Shown here: positions 51,170-62,870 of the stretch, piece by piece | Position numbering within the stretch: position 1 is the stretch's first letter | Layout: the number at the start of each line of letters is the position of its first letter | Origin: an uncultured bacterium | Lineage (GTDB): Bacteria > Krumholzibacteriota > Krumholzibacteriia > Krumholzibacteriales > Krumholzibacteriaceae | NCBI GenBank assembly: GCA_963786935.1 | Contig: CAWBAN010000001.1 | Location: 960,001 to 1,024,000 of the forward strand | DNA: 64,000 nucleotides | Direction: 5' to 3' | The notes under the pieces: model-generated | Told to the model about the DNA's origin: nothing | The model's database searches: none | What the model saw: only the letters and a program-made list of their open reading frames with translations | Position numbers and translations under genes: made by a program

Positions 51170-51205
51170 TGCAGCACCCCCTGTGAAGCATCCGATGCGT
51201 ACGTT

Positions 51206-52885
51206 TCAGAATATGGGAGGCTCCTGATATTCGCCGAAGACTTCCCTGAGCGCGGCGATGATCTCCCCTTCCGTGCAGTAGCAGCGCGCGCAGTCGAGGA
51301 TGATGGGCATCAGATTGTCCGTCCCCCGCGCCGCTTTCCCGAGCCGCGCGAGCTCCCGCGCGGCCTTGTCGTTGTCGCGGTCGGCGCGGACCCTGCGCAC
51401 GGCGTTCCGCTGCTCGATCTCGACCTCCGGCTCGATTTTGAGAATCGGAATCTCGATCTTCTCGCCTTCGATCTGGAAGCGGTTCACGCCGACGACGATC
51501 TTCCGCTCGCGCTCGACCGCCTTCTGGTATTCGTACGCGGCGCGGCCGATCTCCCGCTGGAAGAATCCCGCCTCGATCGCCTTGACGACGCCGCCGAGCT
51601 CGTCCACCTTCCGGAAATAATCCTCCGCCTGCTCCTCCATCTCCCGCGTCTTCGCCTCGATGAAGTAGCTCCCCGCGAGCGGGTCGATCGTGTTGATCAC
51701 TCCCGTCTCGTGCGCGATGAGCTGCTGCGTGCGGAGCGCGATCCGGACCGCCTTCTCCGACGGGAGCGCGAGCGTCTCGTCCATCGAGTTCGTGTGGAGC
51801 GAATTCGTGCCGCCGAGGACGGCGGAGAGCGCCTGGAACGCGGTCCGCACGATGTTGTTCTCCGGCTGCTGCGCGGTCAGCGAGCACCCGGCGGTCTGCG
51901 TATGGAAGCGGCACAGCCACGATCGCGGATCCTTGGCGCCGTACTTGTCGCGCATCCGCTTCGCCCAGATGCGCCGCGCGGCGCGGTACTTGGCGATCTC
52001 CTCGAAGAAGTCGAGGTGCGCGTTGAAGAAGAAGGACAGGCGCGGGGCGAACACGTCGACGTCGAGCCCCGCCGCGATGCCGGCCTCGACGTAGGCGAAG
52101 CCGTCCGCGAGCGTGAAGGCGAGCTCCTGGACCGCGGTCGAGCCGGCCTCCCTGATATGGTAGCCGCTGATGCTGATCGTGTTCCATTTCGGAACGCGCT
52201 CCGCGCAGAACGCGAGGATGTCCGTGATGAGCCGCATCGAGGGCTCCGGCGGGAAGATCCACGACTTCTGCGCGATGTACTCCTTGAGAATGTCGTTCTG
52301 TATCGTGCCGCCCATTTGATCGAACCGCGCGCCCTTCTTCTCCCCCGCGCACAGGTAGAAGGCGAGGAGGATCGAGGCGGGGGCGTTGATCGTCATCGAG
52401 GTCGTGATCTTCGCCGGATCGATCCCGTCGAACAGGATCTCCATGTCGCGGAGCGAATCGATCGCCACGCCGCACCGGCCGACCTCCCCCTCGGCGCGCG
52501 GATGGTCCGAGTCGTAGCCCATGATGGTGGGCATGTCGAACGCGACGCTCAGCCCCGTCTGGCCGTGATCGAGGAGGTAGTGATAGCGGCCATTCGTGTC
52601 CCGCGGCGTCCCGAAGCCGGAGAACTGCCGCATCGTCCAGAAACGCCCCCGGTACATCGTCGGATAGACGCCCCGCGTGAAGGGATAATCGCCGGGGAAG
52701 CCGAGGTCGCGGAGGGAATCCATGCCGCCGGCGTCGAGCTCCGTGTAGAGCGGATTCACCGGTTCCGACGACACCGTCGTGAAATCGATGTCCTGTACCG
52801 GCTCCGCCGCGAACGCGCGCTCCCACCGCGCCTTCGCCTCGTCGAGCCCCGTTCCCCTTTTCTTCTTCGTCGGCACTGCCAGCAC
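51206..52885 (-). CDS. icmA: Isobutyryl-CoA mutase-type large subunit
   Basis: TMRQFSGF (Phe for Tyr) and EYIAQK (Gln for Arg), the established ICM versus MCM discriminators; clustered with thl and hbd. Alternative start 52876. Confidence 0.82.
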   Translation of the reverse strand: MLAVPTKKKRGTGLDEAKARWERAFAAEPVQDIDFTTVSSEPVNPLYTELDAGGMDSLRDLGFPGDYPFTRGVYPTMYRGRFWTMRQFSGFGTPRDTNGRYHYLLDHGQTGLSVAFDMPTIMGYDSDHPRAEGEVGRCGVAIDSLRDMEILFDGIDPAKITTSMTINAPASILLAFYLCAGEKKGARFDQMGGTIQNDILKEYIAQKSWIFPPEPSMRLITDILAFCAERVPKWNTISISGYHIREAGSTAVQELAFTLADGFAYVEAGIAAGLDVDVFAPRLSFFFNAHLDFFEEIAKYRAARRIWAKRMRDKYGAKDPRSWLCRFHTQTAGCSLTAQQPENNIVRTAFQALSAVLGGTNSLHTNSMDETLALPSEKAVRIALRTQQLIAHETGVINTIDPLAGSYFIEAKTREMEEQAEDYFRKVDELGGVVKAIEAGFFQREIGRAAYEYQKAVERERKIVVGVNRFQIEGEKIEIPILKIEPEVEIEQRNAVRRVRADRDNDKAARELARLGKAARGTDNLMPIILDCARCYCTEGEIIAALREVFGEYQEPPIF

Positions 52886-52903
52886 CTCTCTTTGCGGACG
52901 CGC

Positions 52904-53878
52904 CTACAGCCGCATCGTGCCCGCGAACAGCTCCTCGAGCTCCCGGACGAGCCGCGAGGGGGACACGCGTCCCGCGTACACGGCCTCCATTTTCGATTCG
53001 ATCATGCTCCTGATATTCGCATTGTCCCAGATCCGCTTCTCCATCCGATCCATGAACGCGTCGCGGACGCGTGAATGGAGCACGCGCCGGCGCTTCGCCT
53101 CGAGAAGCCCCCGCTCCTCGAGGTAGCGGCGGTGCTCGTCGATCCGCTCCGCGATCTCGTCGATCCCCTCCGACTTGAGCGCCGAGGAGAGCACGACCGG
53201 CGGCGTCCAAGCGCCGGCGGCCGTTTCCTTGATCCGCAGCGTGTCCTCGAGCACGCGCGCCGCGCCGATCGCGTCGGGGTGATCGGATTTGTTCATGACG
53301 AAGATGTCGCCGATCTCCATGAGCCCCGCCTTCATCGCCTGCACGCCGTCCCCCGACTCGGGCACGAGGATCACGACGACGGTGTGCGCCTTCTCGGCGA
53401 TCTCGAGCTCCGACTGGCCGACGCCGACCGTCTCGATGAACACGAGGTCCTTGCCGAACGCGTCGAGCAGATCGGCGACCTCGTCGGTGCAGTTCGAAAT
53501 GCCGCCGAGGCTCCCCCGGCTCGCGAGGCTCCGGACGAAGACCCCCGGATCGTCCGCGAGCTTCTGCATGCGGATCCGGTCGCCGAGGAGCGCCCCGCCG
53601 CTGAACGGGCTCGTCGGATCGACGGCGATGATCCCGAGGTTCGCCCCCCTGCCCCGATAGAGGCGGGAGAGCTTGTACACGAGGCTGCTCTTCCCCGCGC
53701 CGGGAGGCCCGGTGAATCCGACCCGGAAGGCCCCCTTCGCCCGGGGAAAGATCCCGTCCATGACCGTCTCGGCGGCGGCTCCCCCGTCCTCGATGATCGT
53801 GATGAGCCGCGCCGCGGCGGCCGTGGAGCCGCCTGCAAATCCTTCGAGAAGCCCCGCTATATCGTAGCCGTGTCCCAT
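52904..53878 (-). CDS. meaB: Mutase-associated GTPase chaperone MeaB
   Basis: GPPGAGKS, DPTSPFSGGALLGDRIRM, ETVGVGQSE, QAMKAG, NKSD. Confidence 0.95.
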   Translation of the reverse strand: MGHGYDIAGLLEGFAGGSTAAAARLITIIEDGGAAAETVMDGIFPRAKGAFRVGFTGPPGAGKSSLVYKLSRLYRGRGANLGIIAVDPTSPFSGGALLGDRIRMQKLADDPGVFVRSLASRGSLGGISNCTDEVADLLDAFGKDLVFIETVGVGQSELEIAEKAHTVVVILVPESGDGVQAMKAGLMEIGDIFVMNKSDHPDAIGAARVLEDTLRIKETAAGAWTPPVVLSSALKSEGIDEIAERIDEHRRYLEERGLLEAKRRRVLHSRVRDAFMDRMEKRIWDNANIRSMIESKMEAVYAGRVSPSRLVRELEELFAGTMRL

Positions 53879-53884
53879 CGTCCC

Positions 53885-54412
53885 TCAGTATTCGACGCCC
53901 TTGCGCGCCGGCACGCCCCGGCTGTAGTGATGCCGTATCTCGCGCATCTCGGTCACCGTGTCGGCGAGATCCATCATCTCCTGCGGGGCGTAACGCCCCG
54001 TGAGAATGAGCTCGAGGCGCTCGGGCTTCGCCCGCATGAACGCGAGCGCCTCGGCGAGATCGACGAGCTTGTAGGCGACCGCTATGTTGAGCTCGTCGAG
54101 GATCAGCATGTCGAGCCCTTCCTCCCGCACGAGCTCGTTGGCCCGCCGCCAGCCTTTCGCGGCGAGCTCACGGTCGATCGGATCGGGATTGACCGCGTCG
54201 ACGAACTCGTCCCGCCCGTGCTGCTCGATCGTGAACCCGTCGAGCTTCGCGGCGGCCGCGAGCTCTCCGTAGAGCCGTCCCTTCATGAACTGGATCATCA
54301 CGACGCGCCTGCCGTGCCCCACCGCGCGGAGCGCCGCGCCGAGGGCCGCGGTCGTCTTGCCCTTTCCGTCGCCGGTGTAGAGCTGAATCGTCCCCCGTTC
54401 GGAATCCCTCAT
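53885..54412 (-). CDS. cobO: Cob(I)alamin adenosyltransferase (CobO/BtuR)
   Basis: YTGDGKGKTTAALG, QFMKG, LDE, LTGR, GVEY; start ATG 54412. Confidence 0.95.
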   Translation of the reverse strand: MRDSERGTIQLYTGDGKGKTTAALGAALRAVGHGRRVVMIQFMKGRLYGELAAAAKLDGFTIEQHGRDEFVDAVNPDPIDRELAAKGWRRANELVREEGLDMLILDELNIAVAYKLVDLAEALAFMRAKPERLELILTGRYAPQEMMDLADTVTEMREIRHHYSRGVPARKGVEY

Positions 54413-54480
54413 TCGAGCCTCTCCTCCGCGGCGGACCGGTCCCCGGCCACGGGCTCCGCCGCAACGCCATAAGACTTTGG

Positions 54481-54509
54481 AGATTATACTAATTGAGCTC
54501 ATTTGTCAA
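54481..54509 (-). promoter_or_regulatory. Promoter for the cobO-icm operon with a near-palindrome in the spacer
   Basis: TTGACA with TAATCT at 17 bp (or TATAAT at 15 bp); AATTGAGCTCATTT at 54491-54504. Confidence 0.55.
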
Positions 54510-54557
54510 TGCCGCGCGGGAGGGCCCCGGAAAGGCCCGGACGGGCAGAGCGCCGGA

Positions 54558-56261
54558 TCAGGTGATCGTCTGCTCCGTCCGCGCCTCGGTCGGCTCTTTG
54601 ATGAGCGGGAGAGTGATGAGGAAGGTCGCCCCTTTGCCGTCGGCGCTCGTGACGGAAATATTGCCGCCGTGATCCTTCACGATCCGATGCGCGAAGGCGA
54701 GCCCGAGACCGGAACCCTCTTCTTTCGTCGTGTAGAAGGGGGTGAATATCTTGTGGATCTGCTCGTTCGGGATCCCTTCCCCGTTGTCCGAGATCTGAAT
54801 GCAGATGGTATCGCCGTTCTGCCAGGTGCCGAGCCTGATGATCCCGCTGTCGCCGATCGCCTCGACGGCGTTCTGGATGATGTTGAGGAACACCTCGTGG
54901 ATCTTCACGACGTCGAAGTAGCTGTGCGGCAAGTCGGGCGCGAGGCTCCGCAGGATCGAGATGTTGCGATCCTCGAAATCCTTCTGGAGCAGCTGGCAGT
55001 TGTCCTCGATGACCTGGTTGATGTCCCCCTCCTCCAGCTTGATCTCGCTCACCTTCGTCTGAAGGCTCTCGAGGTACCGCTCGAGCCGGAGCGCCTCGTT
55101 CATGATGATCTCGAGCTTGTCCCGGTCCGGCCCCGTAATCGTCGAGGAATGAAAAAGGTTCCGCGCGAAGCCTCCGATCGAAACGAGCGGATTCTTGATC
55201 TCGTGAATGACCGACGAGGTGAGCTCTCCCGAAATCGCGAGCCGCTCGGCCTTCATGATCCGCTCCTCGTACGCCTTGAGCTTCCGGTAGGTCGCCTTGA
55301 GGCTCTCGACGTTCTTCTTGAGCGATTCCTTGAGCTGCGCCGCCCGGAGCGACGTCGTCGCGTGGGCCACGATCATCTCGAGCAGGTGGGCGTCCTCCGC
55401 GGTGATCGCCTTCCCCGTGAAAATGTTGTCGACGATGAGAAGCCCGATGCTGTCCTCGATGGTCGCGATGGGGCAGATGCAGAAATCCTCGAGCCCGAGC
55501 GCCTCGGCGACCCGGGAATCGGATTCGGACTTGAGGTCCCCCTTCTTCACGAACCGGACCTCGTGCATGCCCCTGATGATGACTCCCTCGATGTCGTTGA
55601 TGGCGACCGAGAGCTGGCTCGTGACCTTCGTCAGCGGGCTGCTGCGCAGGTAATGGAGCTTCTGCCCCTTGCTCACGAGCTTGTCGAGGGACAGCGTCTC
55701 GTCCTTTTCGAGTATCCGCCAGATGCTGTCGGCCTCCTCGGGGGAGGACGGCCCGAGGGCGTACTTCCCGCGAAGCACGTCGAATTCCTGCCCCCGCAGA
55801 AAGGCGAAGGCGCGGTTGAAGCCGAGCCCCTGCTTGGCCGTGATGACGGTGAGAATGGCGAGGATGATGTCCTCTTCCTTGTCGAGGTGCGAGATGATCT
55901 TGCTCACCTCGCCGAGGAGATTCATGAGCTTGCTCCGGCGGATGACCTCCATGTAGAGATCCTCCACCTTTTTCGAATACATGGAGGACCGGATGAGCGC
56001 GTCTTCCATGGTCTCGAGAAGGGTGATATCGACCCACCGGCGCCCCTTCATGCGCTCTTTGAGCTGCTTGAAGAACGGGCACTTGAAGCAGCACTGGATG
56101 AGCTTTTCCTCGAGACGCGGAAACACGCGGTCGCCGCAGCGGTGGCCGGTGATCTCCCAGCACGGGGCGTTCTCCCGCCCGTGCGCCGGGCAATCGGTCT
56201 TCTCGCAGGAGAGATACTCCCAGCAGGTGTTCAGCTTGCTCGAATACTTGTCGTCTTTCAT
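54558..56261 (-). CDS. Cytoplasmic sensor histidine kinase with Cys-rich (two-CW-like) N-terminal domain and GAF domain
   Basis: CWEYLSC...CPA...CWEITG..C...C..C; HEIKNP H-box; NAVEA, DNGEG, GSGLGL. Confidence 0.9.
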   Translation of the reverse strand: MKDDKYSSKLNTCWEYLSCEKTDCPAHGRENAPCWEITGHRCGDRVFPRLEEKLIQCCFKCPFFKQLKERMKGRRWVDITLLETMEDALIRSSMYSKKVEDLYMEVIRRSKLMNLLGEVSKIISHLDKEEDIILAILTVITAKQGLGFNRAFAFLRGQEFDVLRGKYALGPSSPEEADSIWRILEKDETLSLDKLVSKGQKLHYLRSSPLTKVTSQLSVAINDIEGVIIRGMHEVRFVKKGDLKSESDSRVAEALGLEDFCICPIATIEDSIGLLIVDNIFTGKAITAEDAHLLEMIVAHATTSLRAAQLKESLKKNVESLKATYRKLKAYEERIMKAERLAISGELTSSVIHEIKNPLVSIGGFARNLFHSSTITGPDRDKLEIIMNEALRLERYLESLQTKVSEIKLEEGDINQVIEDNCQLLQKDFEDRNISILRSLAPDLPHSYFDVVKIHEVFLNIIQNAVEAIGDSGIIRLGTWQNGDTICIQISDNGEGIPNEQIHKIFTPFYTTKEEGSGLGLAFAHRIVKDHGGNISVTSADGKGATFLITLPLIKEPTEARTEQTIT

Positions 56262-56385
56262 GGCCGCCATTCCTCGCTGGAAAAATAGCACGCGGCCAAA
56301 CGGTTCGTAAAGCGGGAAATGCGGGCTGCACGGCGGCCTTCGGAACATCGAATTTACGCGGCTATCCGCATTCCGTTACGGCTCT

Positions 56386-57024
56386 TCAGCGATAGATCGA
56401 TTTGATCGATCCCCATGACGCCTCTTCGGTCGCCGTCGTGCACGCGTTCGCCGAGCCGGGCGTCGGATAGCATCCGGTGCCCGCCGGAACGCACGCGGAC
56501 GTGCACGGATTATGGGCGTCGAACACCACCCACACCGCCGGCGCGCCGGCGCGCCTCCCGATCGAGCGGTCGTCGCGGGCCGCCGCCTCGGCGAACGTGA
56601 AGCCGTCGACGGCGGCGGTATCGGCTCCCGCGATGCGGTAGAGCGAGATGCGGTCTCCCGCGTTGTTCAGGCTCAGCCCGTAGACGGGAAAACCGTTCGC
56701 CTCCTCCCATGCCCGCGAATCGCTCCCATACACGACGCGCACGCCGCCGGCCGCGAGCGTGCCCGAGAATCCGTACCGCCACACGGGGCTCCCCTCACCG
56801 TCCGCGAGCCGGTATCCGGCGAGATCGACGGCGGCCGCGCCGAGATTGATGATCTCCACCCATTCGTCGTCGCGCGAGCTCAGAGCGCCGTCTCCGTCCC
56901 AATCCCTCGCGGGATCGGCGACGAACTCGTTGATGACGAGCTGCGCCGCGCAGTCGGAAGCGCGCGGGACCGCGGCCATCGAAAAAAGAGCGAGGAATAA
57001 GAAGAAACGGAATATCTTCCTCAT
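56386..57024 (-). CDS. Secreted lamin-tail-domain protein with SWGSIKSIYR tail
   Basis: LVINEF, DEWVEIIN...VDLAGY.LAD, LNNAGD; signal peptide; start ATG 57024. Confidence 0.85.
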   Translation of the reverse strand: MRKIFRFFLFLALFSMAAVPRASDCAAQLVINEFVADPARDWDGDGALSSRDDEWVEIINLGAAAVDLAGYRLADGEGSPVWRYGFSGTLAAGGVRVVYGSDSRAWEEANGFPVYGLSLNNAGDRISLYRIAGADTAAVDGFTFAEAAARDDRSIGRRAGAPAVWVVFDAHNPCTSACVPAGTGCYPTPGSANACTTATEEASWGSIKSIYR

Positions 57025-57205
57025 CGTCGTCCTCCCTTCACCAACACCCCGGAAAATACTCCCTGACGGGGTTTGCATCGTGCCGCCGTGCAGACCCGTC
57101 GAGTCGCATCCTAACATGGCCGCGCCCCGGAAGGCGAGATGTTTTTCCGGGGCGCGCGAGAGCGGATATGAGCAGGAAAGCTCGAGAACCTGACGCTGCC
57201 GGTCG

Positions 57206-57853
57206 CTACCGGTAGAGCGCCTTGATACCTCCCCAGGATTCATCCTCCGCGCCGACCACGGAAAGCTTCGCCACCTTGATCTGGAACGCGAGCCGCGATT
57301 GCGTGGGCGCGGCGCCGGTCCAAGCGAGCGTCGCGGTCCCCGTCAGGGTGAATCCGTTCGAGAGCGGTGCGCCCGATATCCAGAGGATGTCGAGGCCCGG
57401 ACCGACCGCATTCGAAACGTCTCCGACGTTCACGCCGTTGAGAACGAGATCCCGCACGATGACGCTCCGGTCCGCCTCGACCGCCCTCGCTCGAATGAAG
57501 ATGTCCCCGAACATCGGGAAAGGAGTCGCATACGTGAGAACCTTCCCCCCGAGGGCGAAAGTGACGATTCGCGTTCCGCTGTCGTACGTGAGCGTGAACG
57601 GCTCGACCGCGCCGCTGATCCACGGATACTGGGCGGTCGTATTGGGCGCCGCGGTGCTCTGTCCGAGATCGAGCTCGAAGGTCGCAGCTCCCCCGAGATC
57701 GCCGATCCTTCCCTCGGCGACGAAGATCGTGTCCGAGATGAGCGCGAGCAGCTCGGCGTCGGTCGCGAGATGCGACACGGTGAACGCCGAGGCGCCCGTC
57801 GAAAGCAGGAGTATCAGCCCGAAGGCCGCGAGCGATGCGATAACGAATCTCAT
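57206..57853 (-). CDS. Secreted protein resembling the choice-of-anchor W domain, with SWGGIKALYR tail
   Basis: Signal peptide (ASA); FVAEGRIG...ATFELDL motif recalled from choice-of-anchor W proteins (not verified by search). Confidence 0.65.
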   Translation of the reverse strand: MRFVIASLAAFGLILLLSTGASAFTVSHLATDAELLALISDTIFVAEGRIGDLGGAATFELDLGQSTAAPNTTAQYPWISGAVEPFTLTYDSGTRIVTFALGGKVLTYATPFPMFGDIFIRARAVEADRSVIVRDLVLNGVNVGDVSNAVGPGLDILWISGAPLSNGFTLTGTATLAWTGAAPTQSRLAFQIKVAKLSVVGAEDESWGGIKALYR

Positions 57854-58057
57854 GCGAATCCCCTTTTCCTCAATAGCTCCGGGCATCTCCGGAAGGAGTC
57901 GATTGTCCAACCTAGAAAACACCTGAAACTAACCTTGCAACTCTCTCGTTTTGATTATGTTATCATATTTCGCGGGCAATGTCCAGCAGAACCGAGGCCC
58001 TTTTTCACCGAGCGTTTCCCTCCATCCTCTTTGAATATATTCGCCCCGGAAATGGAA

Positions 58058-58083
58058 AATGGAAGGCCGCGGGGCCTTCCATT
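58058..58083 (-). terminator. Intrinsic terminator
   Basis: AATGGAAGGCC-GCGG-GGCCTTCCATT, perfect 11-bp stem, T-rich tail on the minus strand. Confidence 0.7.
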
Positions 58084-58132
58084 CGTCATAGCGCCGTAAC
58101 GGCGAACCCCGGGGGCCAGGGTTCCCGGCATG

Positions 58133-58516
58133 CTACTTGTTCTTCATATCCTTCCTCTCGAACCAAGCGGCGAGCAGCAGACCGATCCCGAGCCCTGTCG
58201 GTATGAGCCCCCAGATGCCGTGTCTCGGATCGTCCTGCTGTCCGATGGTGATCGATATCATTACAGCCACGCCGATGAGCGTAATGACGAGCCCCCAGGC
58301 GCGGATCGCGAGGTACCGGGGCTTATCGGCCTTCGGCTGACACGGGGCCGATTCCGGAATCGGAATGCCCTTTTCCATCGCCAGGATGCGCTCCTTGTGC
58401 TTGAGCTCCTCTTCCTTCCCTTTCGTGATCACGCCGACGATCGCAATCGCCATACCGCCGACGACGGCGACGATCGGAATCAACATCGCAACGACTCCCG
58501 CATCGATACCGAACAT
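58133..58516 (-). CDS. Small membrane protein (DUF6249-like), divergent from the ECF sigma gene
   Basis: TM helix, HKERILAMEKG, two further TM helices. Confidence 0.7.
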   Translation of the reverse strand: MFGIDAGVVAMLIPIVAVVGGMAIAIVGVITKGKEEELKHKERILAMEKGIPIPESAPCQPKADKPRYLAIRAWGLVITLIGVAVMISITIGQQDDPRHGIWGLIPTGLGIGLLLAAWFERKDMKNK

Positions 58517-58762
58517 TGCGAACTCCTTTCTCGAGACTGCCTGCTGCCGCTGAAACCTTCTCAGGTCGTTTCCTTGCCCTTTCGCACGTATGACAGGAGC
58601 GGCCGCCGGTTTGTTTCATCTATTTTCACCCTTGTTTCAGCTATTCTCACCATCGTCGAAATCGCCCGAAGTGCCCCCTATCGCCGTTTCGGCGGATATG
58701 CGATAATTCCCCTGAAACTTTCAGGGACATTCTCCTGTCGAATCAATATGGAGGTACTCCGT

Positions 58763-59338
58763 TTGCAGGACACCGGGGAACGCGAGCTCGTGCAAAAGGC
58801 GCTCGCGGGGGATGAACGGGCGTTCCGGAAGATGCTGGAACGCCACTACACGCTCATCTACTCGGTCGTGCGCGGCCTGGCGGGACAGCGCGCGGAAACG
58901 GACGATATCGTGCAGGAGGTCTTCATCAAGATATTCAGGGCCCTCGGGGATTTCCGGGGGGAGTCGAGGCTTTCGACGTGGATCTACCGCATCGCCCGCA
59001 ACGAGGCGCTCAACGCGGTCGACCGGCGGAGGCCCACGGTGATCCCCATCGAGGACTGCATGGAGCTCCCCGATTCGGGCGAGAGCCCCGATGAGTCCCT
59101 CCGCCGTCGAATGAGCGGGGAGCGTCTCGATCGCTTCCTGAACCGGCTCGACGAGAAGCAGCGCGTCGCGATCGAGCTTCGATACATCGGCGAGAAATCG
59201 TACGAAGAAATCGCGGATATCATGGATATTCCGCTCGGGACCGTGAAAACGCATATTTACCGCGCGAAGCTTTCGCTCAAGCGGATGATGACCGCGGCCG
59301 GAGCGAAGGCGCTCGAGAAAGGTTTCGGCGAACTATGA
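58763..59338 (+). CDS. ECF (sigma-70 family) RNA polymerase sigma factor
   Basis: DDIVQEVF, FRGES.LSTWIYRIA, SYEEIA...PLGTVKTHIYRA; TTG start after GGAGGT (alternative ATG 58748). Confidence 0.93.
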   Translation: MQDTGERELVQKALAGDERAFRKMLERHYTLIYSVVRGLAGQRAETDDIVQEVFIKIFRALGDFRGESRLSTWIYRIARNEALNAVDRRRPTVIPIEDCMELPDSGESPDESLRRRMSGERLDRFLNRLDEKQRVAIELRYIGEKSYEEIADIMDIPLGTVKTHIYRAKLSLKRMMTAAGAKALEKGFGEL

Positions 59339-59847
59339 ATTGCACCCGGATCGAAGAGCTCCTCGTTCAGTATCTCGAAGGGGACCTGACGGCGGACGAA
59401 ATGCGGGCGGTCGACGCCCACGTCGATTCATGCGCCGAGTGCCGCCGCTCGCTCGACGCGTTCCTCGCGCTCGAGGATTCCCTCGGCGCCCTGAAGGAGA
59501 CCGTTCCCCCGTGGAAAGCGGCCGAGGCGAGGTTCGTCCGAGGCGCCGGTCTCGGGCGGCGGCGTTCGCTCGCCGCGTCCGTGCTCAACGCGCCCGTCTT
59601 CGCCGGGCTCTCCTTCATCGCGCTCGGCGTCGTGCTCTTTCTTCGGGGGAACGTCCTCTTCCCCGCGATCCGGTCGCTCGGCCCCCGGTTCGCGGCCTCT
59701 TTCGACTCCCTCGTGCAGAGCCTCTCCCGGTTGTTTGCGGACGCGGCCGGCGTGAACGTCGTCCTGCTCGTCGCGATATACGGGCTCCTCACCCTCATGC
59801 TCATGTGCGGAACCAGCGCGCTCGTATTCAGATTCGGGAGGAAATAG
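59335..59847 (+). CDS. Zinc-binding (zf-HC2) transmembrane anti-sigma factor
   Basis: C...HVDSCAEC (HxxxCxxC), two TM helices, overlaps the sigma stop. Confidence 0.9.
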   Translation: MNCTRIEELLVQYLEGDLTADEMRAVDAHVDSCAECRRSLDAFLALEDSLGALKETVPPWKAAEARFVRGAGLGRRRSLAASVLNAPVFAGLSFIALGVVLFLRGNVLFPAIRSLGPRFAASFDSLVQSLSRLFADAAGVNVVLLVAIYGLLTLMLMCGTSALVFRFGRK

Positions 59848-59910
59848 GAGAGGCGGACCTTCGAGCGGCGTTCGACGTTCAGGGGAGGCATTCGATCTTC
59901 GGGACGGCGT

Positions 59911-61342
<1,432 letters not shown>

Positions 61343-61350
<8 letters not shown>

Positions 61351-62821
61351 CGCGCCCCTCCTTCCGCCCCGCGCCGACGGCGAACCGCTCCCTGAATCGG
61401 TACATCTTCTCGAGCCCGAAGGCCCCGCGCATGAGCTTCGATTCCTGACCCCATCCGGCGACGAGCTGCATTCCGATGGGAAGCCCCTCGGGGGAAAGCC
61501 CGGCGGGAACGGATATCGCGGGGAGCCCCGCGATGTTCGCCGGCGTCGTGAAAATGTCGGAGAGATACATGGCGATCGGATCGTCGAGCCGCTCACCCAG
61601 CTTGAAGGCCGGCGTCGGGGAGGTCGGAAGCAGAATGAGGTCGAATTTCTTGAACAGCTCCTCGAACTGGGCGCAGATGAGCGCCTTCACCTGCTGGGCC
61701 TTCGAGTAATAGGCGTCGTAGTAGCCCGAGGAGAGCACGTAGGTGCCGAGCATGATCCGCCGCTTGACCTCCTCGCCGAATCCCGCGCCGCGCGTTTCGT
61801 CGTACATGTCGGCGAGAGATTTCGAGCTCGAGCGGAGGCCGTATTTGACGCCGTCATAGCGGGCGAGGTTCGAGGAGGCCTCGGCGTTGGCGAGAATGTA
61901 GTAGGTCGCGATGGACGTCTCCATCCCGGGGAGCGTCACGCCCGAGACCGGCACGGAGCTCTTTTTCAGATCGTCGATCGTGCCCTCGGCGATCGCCCGG
62001 ACCGATGCGTCCATTTCCCATTTCCCGAGCTCGGACGGGAAGGCGACCTTGAGCCCTTCGAAGCCCTTCTCGAGATCGCCGTGCAGATCGAGGGACGGTT
62101 CGGGGATCGTCGTCGCGTCGCGCTCGTCGTGCCCCGCGATCGCTTCCATCACGAGCGCGCAGTCGCGCACGTCGCGGGCGAAGGGTCCAATCTGGTCGAG
62201 GCTCGACGCGAAGGCGACGAGCCCGTAGCGCGAGACCCTCCCATAGGTGCCCTTGAGCCCCACGACGCCGCAGAGCGAGGCCGGCTGACGAATGGATCCG
62301 CCCGTGTCGGAGCCGAGAGAGGCGAGCGCCATATCGGCCGCGACGGCCGCGGCCGAGCCGCCGCTCGAGCCCCCCGGGGCGTACGCCTCGTTCCACGGAT
62401 TGCCCGTGACCTGAAACGCCGAGTTCTCGCAGGAGGAGCCCATGGCGAACTCGTCGAGGTTCGTCTTGCCGACGATCACCGCGCCCGCGGCCCTGAGTCG
62501 CTCGACGACGGTCGCGTCATACGGCGGCCGGTAGCCCTCGAGAATCTTCGAGGCGCAGGTCGTGGGGATGCCGCGCGTGCAGAGATTGTCTTTAATAGCG
62601 ACGGGGACGCCGTAGAGCGGGCGGCCGTCGTGCCCCTTCGCGTCGAGCGCCGCGGCCGCATCGAGCGCGGCATCGTTGAATACCTGAAGAAACGCGCGTA
62701 TGCGGGGCTCACGCCCGGCGATCGAGTCGAGGTACGATTGAACGACCTCGCGGACGCTCGCCTTCCGCCCGCGGTAGAGCCCTTGCAACTCGGGTATCGA
62801 ATATCGAAGAAGATCACTCAT
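61343..62821 (-). CDS. gatA: Asp/Glu-tRNA amidotransferase subunit A
   Basis: [40 protein letters not shown]. Confidence 0.98.
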
Positions 62822-62870
62822 GCGTGTTTCTCAATAGGTCATGCGAATCTCTGAATGCGGCGATGGCGCC

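Noticed and set aside
54413..54557. Cobalamin riboswitch upstream of cobO
   Set aside because: The leader is too short and no B12-box is recognisable.
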